Part shown: piece by piece, positions 37,052 through 48,409 of the stretch
Layout: each line of letters opens with the position of its first letter
How positions within the stretch are numbered: position 1 is the first letter of the stretch
Source of the DNA: Amphiscolops sp. MND2022
Taxonomy: Eukaryota
Assembly (NCBI GenBank): GCA_964187785.1
Contig: OZ076410.1
Location: 50,778,001-50,842,000 of the forward strand
Direction of reading: 5' to 3'
Length of the DNA: 64,000 nt
Program-made: the position numbers and the translations under genes
Notes under the pieces: generated by a model
What the model saw: only the letters and a program-made list of their open reading frames with translations
Told to the model about the DNA's origin: nothing
Databases searched by the model: none

Positions 37052-38229
37052 TTTTCTCACAATCATGTCGAGCTTGGGTTGTTATAATTATAATGTTTCT
37101 CCGACTTTTCCTTCAAGTCAATTTTTTTCCGGAATGGCATTGATTTTGGGTTCAATCTTTTACCAATCACAGTATTAACAACTTTAGTTTTTGATTCAGT
37201 TTGTTACGACATTGCTTGGTGTCCAATACTTCAGTTTTTCTGTTACTTGCGACACGGTCGTCACAGAACAAGGCGAAACGACCACCTAGTTCTTTGATGC
37301 CATTTATTGCAACGTTTGATAGACCTGTGCAGGTAGTGTTCAAATGCATTTTGTTCCATGCACAACATGCAACTGTTATTGAATATTTTGTATGTATACT
37401 TGAACATCGCCAATAACATTAGATCTCAACACACTGCTTAGCAACTAACTACAGAGAATAGTCAGATCTGGTGTCAACGGAGCAGGTGAAGAGAGAGATT
37501 GCTGGCCAGTAGAAGCTGCTCGGCCAAATAGAGCCATTTGGTAACATCTGAAAAAGTAACTGCACTTTAAAAATAAATTTCACGAATCATATATTTGTCG
37601 AATCCAGAGCTTTTAAAAACATTTCTCGATTTATAATTTTTTACTCTCAGATTACTTAGATTGTAATCATTTCTTTCGAAAGAAATATAAGGAGACCAAC
37701 ACGCGTACATGGAGACTCCTACGCAGATGTGGAAACTGCAACATCTTTGAAAAACTGCAACTAAACTAAAACTGTCTATCAAAAGGAGAAACAACCTCTA
37801 TTCTACTACTACTAATATTTATCTGCTTCGATGTTGGTCGTCATGTTAGTGGAGACAATGCTACACTCACTGGTGATCAGCAAACGAGAAGAAACAGTCA
37901 ACGAAAATCAAAAGTATCTCATTACTCATGCTAGCCACTAGCCTAGTAGAACGGGACAACTCAATACTTCTCGATATTCAGACTGCAAAAGAGTTCATTC
38001 GATTTCACATATACTGTTTTCTTCAACGAATGTATAGTCGAAACTCCTCATCCATGCAGCAACGTAAACCCATTCCACCAAAAACCTGACAAGTGCTGTG
38101 TACCAAATGAACGACTTGTGAGCATGATATACTCTACTTTTCAAAAAAGAGGAGTCTAAGCCAAGCAAAAACACTCCAGATGAAATAGATCGTCGTCGAC
38201 AATGTGATGTCAAGTTAGTTATAATGTTG

Positions 38230-38380
38230 GAGGGGATTGGTGGATAGCAGAGGTCCTCTCTTACATCTGACACTGAACTTACAATACCCAATTCAAAACA
38301 TCCATTTTTTTATTACGGTCGATGCTTCCTTAATTGGACTAGGTGCCGTCCTCTTCCAACTTAATGAAGATATCGCTCAC
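38230..38380 (+). mobile_element. Gypsy RNase H fragment (second gypsy family)
   Basis: PNSKHPFFITVDASLIGLGAVLFQLNED. Confidence 0.8.
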
Positions 38381-38384
38381 CAGT

Positions 38385-39091
38385 CGCGTAGTATGATATG
38401 TGGGGCATATCCGGTGTATGCACGCTCGTCCTCACCGTCGCAAAGACCAGCTCCCACTACGATCGCTTCTCGATCTCCGTTCCCGCTAGGTCTTTGCTCC
38501 TGTTCGACCTCGCTTAGCAAGATGGGAATATAAGCGGCCCCAAGGGGCGGCGGGGCACTAGAGGAAATGGGGACATATCCGAGGCACGTTTTATGCTTTC
38601 CACCATTCCTACATTATAGGTCTCATCGTTTTTCTTCCAGAATTCTAAAAACTGGTATTCTACAAACGGGTGGGCGGAAATAGGTCGAAGGAACGGGATC
38701 GAAAATCAGAGTTAGTCCTCAGGTCGACAATACCAAATTTTTGAATGGGATCGAAACAACTCGGATCGAAATTTTTATAACGTAGTCAGATATGTTTACA
38801 TACCCCTAGTGCCCTGAATGCAGGAGCGAAGCGAAGCGGAGCGACGTGCCATATGGCCATCCCTCAACCGAACAGGTTCTTTGTAATTCGATCAAAAGGT
38901 TCGACCTCAGTCCTTTCGACCAGAAAAATTCGACCTATTTACAGCCACCCTTCTACAAACTAGACCTAACCAGTTTGTAGAAAACTAAAAACAAAACCAA
39001 CATAATACGGGACGTTTCGGCATGAAAAATTTGCCGAAACTTCTCGAAATTTTTCTTTGCCGAAACGTCTTTGCCGAAACGTCCTGTTCCC
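38385..39091 (-). mobile_element. Composite MITE of the GCCGAAACGTC family, inverted homolog of 55202-55749
   Basis: Right end CCTGTTCCC; internal 38385-38640 closely matches 55380-55640 in reverse; left end truncated. Confidence 0.8.
38668..38950. mobile_element. GGTCGAA-repeat MITE, 10-bp TSD TTCTACAAAC
   Basis: TIR GGGTGG...AAATAGGTCGAA; the empty site is visible in the homolog at ~55345-55385. Confidence 0.85.
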
Positions 39092-40007
39092 GTTCAACAC
39101 ATGTTGGATCACATCCACATGGCCTTGGAACATATCTAGGATCGCTCTTATCAAAAAGCCGGGAAAGAAATCCTACGAACAATGCTCCAGCTATAGACCA
39201 TTATCTATTTCTAGCCATGTTGGAAAGTTATTTGAGAGAATGATTTCTGCTAGACTGAAGCTTTACTTCGAAACTCACAATATCCTTGATGAAAAACAAG
39301 AAGGTTTCAGGACTCATCGGAGAACTACCCGTTCTTTGTATCGTATGCATCTCATATCAGAGGAAGCAAAGCGCTCGAAAAAGCCGACTGCACCAATGAA
39401 TATTGATCTGGAAAAGGCATTTGATAGGGTTGAACGGAAATGGGTCAAAAGAAATGGGTCGAATCGGCCTCCTGTGCCATGGGTCGAATCTTCACCGTTT
39501 CGGAATTGGGTCGAATGGACTTGGGTCGACCTTGAAAAATGCCAAGTTCAAGGGAGACAACATATTGATTTCGACCCAAGTCCATTCGACCCAATTCGAC
39601 CTCAGTCAATTCGACTTAAGTTATTCGACCAAAAGGGTCGACCTAATTCTTTTCGACCTATTTCATTCGACCCATTTCATGCAATCCTTTGATAGCATTT
39701 GTGTCGAAGGTCTGCTTTATAAACTTGAATCGGTGAATTTGCCCCACAGGCTGCTATGTATCATATCATCCTTTCTTAGCAATCGGAAGGGATTCATTGA
39801 TATCAACGGCCATTACACTGAACTTTTCGATTTTAATGTTGGTCTCCCCCAAGGCCGTGTGATTTCCCCTCTTCTTTTTATTTTTTACCTGTGTGACTTC
39901 TTATCCGAAGTCGAGGTAAAGTTCAAATTTGCAGATGACAGCTCGGCTATCATCTCTGCTTTTAACACAGATACCTTACATTCAGCTCTACAAGCTATTT
40001 GTCATAA
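39092..40007 (+). mobile_element. LINE reverse transcriptase, N-terminal part (Jockey/I-like)
   Basis: SYRPLSISSHVGKLFERMI, QEGFR, IDLEKAFD, GLPQGRVISPLLF, KFADD; interrupted by a MITE and then by the gypsy LTR. Confidence 0.92.
39427..39687. mobile_element. GGTCGAA-repeat MITE, 7-bp TSD TTTGATA
   Basis: Inserted in the KAFD|S codons of the LINE RT; TTTGATA on both sides; removal restores the frame. Confidence 0.9.
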
Positions 40008-40626
40008 TGTAGCGTTCCGAGATGAACGTTTTGTTGAATTTGAAGGATTTTCGGGACGAGTTGAGTTGACTGGAACGCTTTTTGAAGGATACTTTTTATA
40101 TTGAATGTTAAATTAGAAGATATGTGAGGTTGAAATTGATAGACAGAGAAAATTGTATTTAGCGCGAAAGATGGTTGAAGGAAAGGTGGAAGATTCGACG
40201 CAGAAAGGCTCAAAAGCAAAATGTCTAACTTCCCAAACTTCCTTAAATACCCCTTATCAGACAATATTTTGGTGACTCCCACCATTATCGGAGTTATTTT
40301 ATTACATTATACCCAGACCTGTCGAAACCCGTTGGCCTGTGGTTACGTTATCAACATTTACTGTCGAACCCCGACAGTACAATGTGACTAAGTTATCGAG
40401 CCCGTCAACTTCAATTTACGATGTGTCACGTAAATATTATTTTATTGCCAGCCATATTTTAGGCTATAAAATCTTTCCATTTTTTTCATTTAATTCTTTC
40501 TTTAGATTTTCAAAAATATCATATAGGTTTCCTATATTTCTCCCTTTCCTATGAGAAGTTAGCACATTCAAGTAGCACCATGAAAACTAATTGTTGTTTT
40601 TAAAAGTTAACAATTCATCAGCTGCC

Positions 40627-41330
40627 TCACCCATTTAGATCGTACTCAGCTCTGGCGTCAGGGTCTGTTAGTATTCTATGGGCCCGCTGCAGACGAACGA
40701 AGTTATCACTAGTACCGCCCTGCTCTGGGTGGCTCAAGACACTCAATTTTCTGAAAATTCTTGTAATTGTTTCCACTGACGCATTATTGGGGACCAAAAG
40801 CAATTGATACAGGTTAGATGATTCCAGTTGTTTAAAATTTTCCTGGAGCTGTGTAAGGTTCATTCGAAGTTCATCACATTGTCTTCGACCTTCGTCTAAT
40901 TCGCCAATAACATTTTCATAGTCTTTTTGCCACACTTGTAATGTTCTTTTTAACTTCTTGAGTTCGTGTTTTTGCTCCTGGTTTTCCTCTTGTAACTCCT
41001 GTGCTGCTTGTTGCCACAGGTACTTTTGTTGCCCCAACTTCTGGGCAGTCTGCTTCTCACGGGCCAGCTCATCTTTGAAAGCTTGCAGTTAGTACTTGTG
41101 ACTTTCGAGTTCTATGGCCACCTCTGCGACTGACGCCTTAAAGCTGGCTGCTTCCGTTTGTGTCCTCTCGGCTCTGCCGGTAATTGATGAAGGGATTAAA
41201 GTACCCGCTTCTGCTACCTTTCGGATCTTGCTAACAGACCCCTTCACCCTGTAGACCCAGTCTTTACCACAGTTTTGATGACAAAAATTTCAGGGAGGTA
41301 GTAAACGCGATCATCCACATTGAAAGCCAT
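40627..41330 (-). pseudogene. Gypsy cargo gene 2: N-terminal motif + coiled coil + J-domain (HPE)
   Basis: NLYQLLLVPNNASVETITRIFRKLSVLSHPEQGG...FVRLQRAHRILTDPDARAEYD; upstream VYYLPE...YRVKGSVSKIRK; one premature stop and one frameshift. Confidence 0.8.
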
Positions 41331-41384
41331 CTAAAGGAGACAAAAAGACAACTGAAATGAACCAACAAGAAAAATGAAGCGGCA

Positions 41385-41428
41385 TATATACATACATATA
41401 TATATATACACACATACATATATACGGA
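41385..41428. repeat. (TA/CA)n microsatellite
   Basis: CATATATACATACATATATATATATACACACATACATATATAC. Confidence 0.9.
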
Positions 41429-41649
41429 TATAATTTTGCGTGAGAATACCCATCTCTTTCGAGAACGAAGCTCGTTCGCATAGTTCATTGCAGTTAGATC
41501 CAGTTTTATCAGAGCGAAGCCCGGTCTGAATTTTTCCTGAGGAGATGTAACCCATCTCTACTCAATCGAGCGCCACCCGTTCGCTAGTATTTCATTTGTT
41601 AACGAACGAACCCCGTTCCTTCTTTTTTCTAGTCACGCCACCTTGATTG

Positions 41650-42330
41650 GCTTGACAACACTTCCTCAGCACGCTCAAGTCCAAACAAATTATACAATTC
41701 TCTGGCCATTTTATTTGAAACACGGATTAAGCTCTGTGGATAGATTTAAACTGTTCTTCGCAGCCATTCACATCGGAATGAGTTAGAGACGCTAACTTCT
41801 TGTAATTACGTTTGATTGTCTCTTCATCTGCATCTTCCTTGACGAAAAGAACCTCGTACAAGGTGAAAGGACGTTGAATCAAGGATTTTGCTTTATTTCT
41901 TTGATGCGTTTTTTGTGACCTTAGCCTTCGTCCGTTCACTTCTAACAAGAGTTCTTTGCTTTTCCGAATCTTCGCTGTGTCGCCTTATCTTGACTTTGTG
42001 TGTATGTACATCCATCTCAAGCTGGTGGATATACCTTCGTGCATCTTCAACCTCCTGATGCACGTTTCTTCCTTCACAATAAAGGCGCTCTTTCAGACTG
42101 TTCACTTCTGCCTTGGTGAGCTCCAACTCTTGTCGAATCCTGACAAGTTGGGTGGTGGAAATGTCCGCTTTCATCTTGATGATGGATGGACTGAGGGTGT
42201 CTTCCGTTGCAATTTTTCGCATCCCCGAGACACATCCTTGAATTCGATACAAGACCGGTCTCACTTTCGATTTGATTTGATGAAGTTCGGGCAAATAGTA
42301 TACATATTCGTTTATACGGTTGTTTTCCAT
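41650..42330 (-). pseudogene. Gypsy cargo gene 1: N-terminal motif + coiled coil + J-domain (HSD)
   Basis: VYYLPELHQIK...LYRIQGCVSGMRK, coiled coil, then TLYEVLFVKEDADEETIKRNYKKLASLTHSDVNGCEEQFKSIHRA; frameshifted. Confidence 0.8.
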
Positions 42331-43067
42331 TTCTAAAAAAATTTAAGGATTTTTAATGGTTTCGTGATTACTGTTCGTCATTTAGTGTAACGGGCAATGT
42401 TGTTTCTGATGAGTTTTGGGCATGATTTAGGAGCATTGAGGATCTGGGTTGTTGATTTTTGAACTCCCTTACATCTATTAAAAATTTATTGTATTCATAA
42501 AACGGATTAGGCGGTTGCCAAGCAAATCGCCTTTTTCGTACCCAACCACTTTAATCGAATTATGAAAAATATTTTGAATCCTAGTCGAACCAGCGTTCCG
42601 AATAACGTGATTGTCAGCATAGTTACTGCTATCTCTCTTCCTATCCACCAAAAAAACAGCGTTTCCTTCTTTACCGATTGAAACCACGGTGGTACTCTCC
42701 AGCTGAACCCAATCTGGTGCTCTGGAAAATTGGATGAAACACTGTTTCATGCGAGTACGTGCCTTGTGAACCCAGATACACCTCTCTACCGGTTACTACC
42801 GGTACGGCTATGGCAGATGGAGTGCGCGCGATTGCTTCTAACAAGATCTTCCATTGTGAACAATCCATTACCCCTCAAACCCACAAATTCATGTGGCCTT
42901 AGTTCCCGTGAAGAGCTGTTCCGAAAAACAACAGGTTCGACTCGCGCTAGTTCGGTTGTTTTTCCATACGTCACCCAGGATCCGTTTAGCAATTGATACA
43001 AATTGGGGTACACTAGGTTGCATTCGGTCAGTGTGTAGTTCTTGTAAAAAAATCTTTGAAAATGGAT

Positions 43068-43958
43068 TCATGAATTAAATTCCAATCGCCAAGTCTCACA
43101 GGGATTTCTTCTGTGAAGAAGTCTAAAGTTGCCAGTGTAATTTCCATTTTTGCATATCTGTGTAAGTATACAACCTCGCCCGCACACCTCGCCCGCACGT
43201 TGAATATGTGTTCTCACCATCTCGTCCCCAATTATTGCACTGTCGAGATTTGAAATTAACAATAGTTTGAGCTTGGCCTCCACATCTTGAATTCGACATC
43301 TCTGGAAGTTGACTTCCTGCCAAACTCGTTCCATTTCCTGTAACCCTTGGGCATGTAAGAAATCAACTTGGCTCTGTAGGAGCATTTCTTTGTCAATGTT
43401 GTTCATAACTTTAACTGGTAAATCTGTATCTTCGAATGAAAAGAAAATTACCTTCATGATGGTTGTGTGAACTGTAAGATTACACAAAGAAACGGGCTGG
43501 TTATGAATTTCCAGTGCGAACTTTCTGCCTTGTCTGTTGCGAACGAATCCCGTTACCATGCTGTTTTCATCAACTAATTTGATCACATTGTTTCTTCCAT
43601 TTATTCTGAAGAGTTTATAAAGGTCGCATTCTTTTGGCTTGGTCAACAAGTAAATGAGAAAATCTTTTACGAAATCAGTTTCGATGTCGTCGCTTGTTAT
43701 AGGGTTTCCGAGAGGGTCGTTCCACTTAAGGAAGTTGCTTCCGCCAAGTTGCTTCTGAGTGAACACTTTTCCAATTGTCAGTTGTCCATTGATGAAGACA
43801 GACGCTTCAATTACCTCTCCTGTTGGTGTTGTCCAGTCAATTGGTGTTGAAAACCCAATTCCTTTTCCTTTAGCTTTCATAAATTTTGCTGAGTAGTCGA
43901 AGTTCTTAAACAACTCATGCTGAGAATTATTAACTTCTTCTATGACAGTCTTTTTCAA
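43068..43958 (-). CDS. 296-aa ORF of unknown function inside the gypsy element
   Basis: Open frame in the element's sense orientation, between integrase and the J-domain genes; no motif recognised. Confidence 0.55.
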   Translation of the reverse strand: MKKTVIEEVNNSQHELFKNFDYSAKFMKAKGKGIGFSTPIDWTTPTGEVIEASVFINGQLTIGKVFTQKQLGGSNFLKWNDPLGNPITSDDIETDFVKDFLIYLLTKPKECDLYKLFRINGRNNVIKLVDENSMVTGFVRNRQGRKFALEIHNQPVSLCNLTVHTTIMKVIFFSFEDTDLPVKVMNNIDKEMLLQSQVDFLHAQGLQEMERVWQEVNFQRCRIQDVEAKLKLLLISNLDSAIIGDEMVRTHIQRAGEVCGRGCILTQICKNGNYTGNFRLLHRRNPCETWRLEFNS

Positions 43959-44655
43959 TTGGAACCGATTTTTGCTGAATCCCGTTAATATGAAAAGTTT
44001 TGCTGCCCGCGCATGACGACGAACTTCAATCGAAATTAAGTAAAATGTTGGTATAATCTATGATTTTTCATGTAGATACAGTCCATCATCATAAACAGAT
44101 GATTTTTTCATGTACGACACCGTATACGTAGCTTGATAATGACATGTTTTCTTTTCCCGTCTACCGTCGATGTCACTGAACACCACTGAAGCACGTGGCA
44201 CTGATGCCATCTCACTCGAACCTCGAGTACAATTTTTTGATCAGTTAAGGAGCACACCGTGGTCCCTACAACTTGCTCGAAGTCGTATCCTACAGTTTTA
44301 ATGTTTTCTTCTTGCACCGATACGTAAATAATAATCAAAAGTAGTATTATCTTGTTACCCGTGTCTCTGTTTTCTCTTGGGATTTGCATTCTTTTTCCGT
44401 GTTCTCGGCTGCTCCTAATTTCCTGAAGCAAAAACGTCGTTCTCATCGAAAGAAGTGTCGTCACAGTACACAAAATAGTCACCGAATCTTTTCGGAACTG
44501 ATCGGATACCAGTACTTTTCTCCCTTTGTGGCACTATTGGAGGCCTCCTCTCGTTTTTGGTTTCGTAATTTTTGTTTGAGGCGTTTTTAAAGGAACCGAT
44601 TCATTGTTAACTCCCTCTGCACATCTTTTCATTCTCGCTCCGCCATCAGATTCCT

Positions 44656-47600
44656 TTAACTCGCTTGTGCTCGCAGTAGGCCCTTGTTCGCATTCGGTAT
44701 TTTTTCCGTCTCATCTGGACTGGCTACTCGTTCCCTCTTTCCTAATTTACCTATCGGTTCAATCTCAACCTCTATTAAGTCGTCATCGATGATCCCAGAT
44801 TCGTCTGTTTGTAGAGTTTCAGTTTGTTCCTGAATTCCGCTCATTCTTGTGAAGATTCGCTCCCGCGGTTTGTACTTTTTCATTCAATCGTAATGTACTT
44901 TGATTTCTTCTCTGGTCTCTTCGTGGCACACACGGAAATTCAGATTGTTGATTTTTTCGAGAATTTTGTATGGTCCTCTGTAGAACGAGGTGAACTTCTT
45001 TGTTTGTCGCTTCTTTACTGTAGGGAACAATATAAGCACTTGTTCACCCACGTGGTAGACAGGGTCATATGCCCGGTAATCATAATACGTTTTCTGTTGT
45101 GTTTGTTCTAATTCCATGTGCGATCTCACAAGATTTTAGCAGTTTTCTCTTTGTGTTGTAAATAAAATCACACGGAGTCGGGAATAATTCGGTATGACGT
45201 GTCTCGTACATACAATCAATCGGTAATCTCAATGGTTTACTCATTACAAGATAGTTTGGACTATGTTTAGTGACTGCATGAATTGACGAGCGATATGCCA
45301 TCATGACCAGTTGCAAATAACAGGTCCAATCGCTCTGGTGATCATCGATGTATTTCGATAAGCTTTCTTCAATTGTCCGGTTTGTTCTTTCAATCATCGC
45401 ATTGCCTTCTGGATGAAAATGAGTGGTGGATGTCCGTTCAATGCCCAAAACCCGACACAACTCTGTAAAGAGTTCCGACATAAAATTTGTTCCTTTATCA
45501 CTATGTAAATTCACGGGACATCCAAATTTCGTGATCCAGTTATCGGTTTATGCTTGTGCGACTGTTTTTGCTTCCTGATTTGCCATAGCAACGGCTTCGT
45601 ACCATTTACTAAATTGATCACCAATCAACAAAATGTACTTTTGGCCATTGGATTCTGGCAAGGGACCCATCACATCTAATGATACCTGCCAAAAAGGATG
45701 GCTCGGTTTCCACATTTTTAGACTGTGTCTGTGTTTCTGAGGGATGCCTTTTCTTCTCAAGCATTTATCACAGCTTTGAACCCAGCTGTTCACGTCTCGT
45801 TTCATACCAGGCGAAAAGAACCGTTCTTGAGCTCTCTGATATGTCTTTTCGATTACGAAATGGCCTGTGCACGGAGACTCGTGCAGCAATGGTAGTATGT
45901 TGGAAATTTAATTCTCCGCAACAATAAGCTGATGTACCCAACGATCTCCGTCTTCTAATTTTTTTCTACCGAAGAGAAGCCCTTGTATCAACCGGAGGTT
46001 CTTGAAGTCCACCCAAAATTCCCATAGTTCTTTAGAAGCTCCGTTCATGTTTTTTCGATCAGGTCTCTGCTTTTCTTCAATCCATTTTAGGACTTTCTTT
46101 ATGTTGTTATCTTCATGCTGTTTCATTTGCATACTATTACGATCTGTATTCTGGAGTAACATCCATGGGTTCGCAAGAAGTTCCTCCATCGTCGTGTTTT
46201 CTGTCAGTGCTGCCACATAGACAGTTATTGGATTTTCCTCCTCCGGCAGTAGTCGCGATAAACAAGCTGCATGAGGGATGCTTCTACCCGCTTTATGTTT
46301 AATTTCGAAGTCAAATTGTCCAAGTTTTTCCAACCAACGTGCAACTATCCCTTCTGGATCTTTGAAACTGTAGAGCCATACCAAGGCTCTGTGATCGGTA
46401 ACTATTGAAATTTTTCTACCTTACAGATAGGTTTTGAAATGATTTGTAAAATGGACAACGTCAAAGAGTTCCTTTTTAGTTGCTGAATAGTTTTTTTGGC
46501 TTTTGTTCAGAGTTTTGCTGGCGTAAGAAACAACTCGATCAATTCCTTCTTGTTGCTGTGTTAGGACTGCCCTATTTCCCGTTAGTGAAGCATCCGTAGT
46601 TAGAGTGTACTCATCTCGATTGTTTGGATACCCCAAATTAGGTGCCGACAACAATTTTTCTTTCAGCTCTTGCAAGGCCTGTTCGCATTCTTTCGTCCAC
46701 ACGAATTTGTTTTCTTTCTTCAGAAGATTGTACAGAGGTTCTGAAGTCTTTCCGGTACCCGGAACATATTTTCTATAGAAACCCACCAACCCAAGGACTG
46801 CTCTAACTTCTTTCAGACAAGTTGGTGATTTCATTTTCTCAACTACCTTCACTTTTTCTTCATCCACCTCAACCCCATTTTCAGAGTTGACATGTCCTAA
46901 GAAATGTATTCTCTTCTGGAGGAATTTACACTTTGATCCTTTGATTTTCAGTTCACTTTTCTGAAGTCTGCAAAATACCAGTTCTAGTTTTCCATATGTT
47001 CTTCGAAGTTTCTACCAAAAACGATTATGTCATCTAGATATATATCCACACGTTGTAGGATAGACCGCTGAACACCAGTTCCATGAGGTTCTGAAAAGCC
47101 CCTGGAGCTGATGCTAGGCTCATTGGTAGTCGTTTCCATTTGTATAGACCCATAGGCGTAATAAAAGCAGTGAGGTTTTGACTATCGTCTTTTAATGCCA
47201 TTTGGAAATAGCCGGATGTCGAATCAATGCTCGAAAAGAACATAGTTCCTTCTAAAGAATCTATTACATCGCTTATTCGAGGTAACGGCTAACACGTTTT
47301 TTCGATCTCTTTGTTTTAACCCCGGTAGTCAACAACCAATCGGAACAGTAGATCGGCTTCGGCTAATCCCTCAAAGATTTTTTTCATTGCTTTCCTTTTA
47401 TCAAAACTCATGTTTCCGTAGGTTCTCCTAAAAGGTTGAGCGTCAGGTTTCAGTTTGATTTGGTGCTCAATCTGATTGTTGAAACCCAAATCATTTGAGT
47501 GTCTCGAGAAAACTGTCTCGTACTTATTGCATAATGTTCTTACTTGGTGCAGCTGGTCCTTTGACACAGTTTTATTTTCTATATTAACATGTCTCTCGAA

Positions 47601-48409
47601 GCTGAAATCCTCGCGCTTTGTTTTCTCTTCTGTTTGTCGTTGTAATTTCAAAGCAAGTTCATGCAACTCCAATGTTTCTAGTGTACCTACCCTAGTATTC
47701 CGATAAGTAACAATAACTTCATTGTGTATGTTCAATAGTGTTACCCAACACGTTCCGTTGTCATTGTTCACTAAGGCCTGAGCAACCCATAATCCTGTCG
47801 CTTCTTGGAAGGTTTCGAGGGGGTTTACTAAACCTTCTAACTTGGTAGCTTTCGAACCATCCTCGTATCTCAACTCACACTGCACTTGTGTCTCATTTCG
47901 TGCAGGAATTGCTTGGTTCGACTTGGCTACCAAAAACGTTGACCCCTCTTTACTCACATTTGACTTTAGTTCCATGCTTCGGTTTGTTTTTCCATAGAAT
48001 AGTTTCTGTTGTTTCGCGTACAGTACACAGTCGTTTTGTCCAGTAGACACAAAATCTAATCCCAGTAGACACGGGAAAAATCCAATGCCGAGATTGAAAA
48101 TGTGGTCCGAAACTCGGGTGTAAACTTTTCCAGCGGAACGATCAGTTCAACTTTACCCTTTATCAGTAGAGGCAAGTTATTTGCCGTGAGTATCTTCCCG
48201 TTATACTCTTCCGTTTTACCACTGAACGTTAATGTTTGCAAATATGACCAGCTGATCAGTGAGATGCTACTACTACTGTCAACTAGAGCAGTTGTAAGTT
48301 TTCCTTGCAGCAAAAAAGTTGTGTATAAAGCGTGTGTATTAGTTTGACTCCGTTCAGTCATTCCCATAATGGCCAAAGTCGATCGAGGCAAATGTGTTGC
48401 CATTTCCAC
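44656..48409 (-). pseudogene. Gypsy pol (PR-RT-RNase H-IN), frameshifted
   Basis: PR 48056-48409, RT ~46870-47330, RNase H ~46000-46870, IN with HHCC (LHESPCTGH...CDKC) and core at 44884-45900. Confidence 0.93.

Larger units (their letters stand above)
36664..37086 (+). mobile_element. TRIM (miniature LTR retrotransposon) with tRNA-like LTRs
   Basis: LTRs 36664-36832 and 36924-37086 differ at about five positions plus the 5' end; the 91-bp interior has a PBS at 36834-36847 and PPT AGAAGGGAA at 36912-36920; possible degraded 5-bp TSD AATAT/ATTAT. Confidence 0.85.
33100..37560 (-). mobile_element. Decayed full-length CR1/L2-like LINE with nested hAT and TRIM; RT core largely deleted
   Basis: ORF1 PHD-like remnant (~37400-37250), RVRGLPE (~36640), ORF1 tail (ILPALSAEDAKQE...KKRR); ORF2 APE motifs LCLTESWL, HGGVLIAI, GDINFPHTNW; C-terminal KLETFQK and RTEFLITRRLFKNLP. 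Confidence 0.75.

Noticed and set aside
39057-40104. Track ORFs of 211 and 233 aa as novel proteins
   Set aside because: They are LINE RT pieces reading into MITE and LTR insertions.
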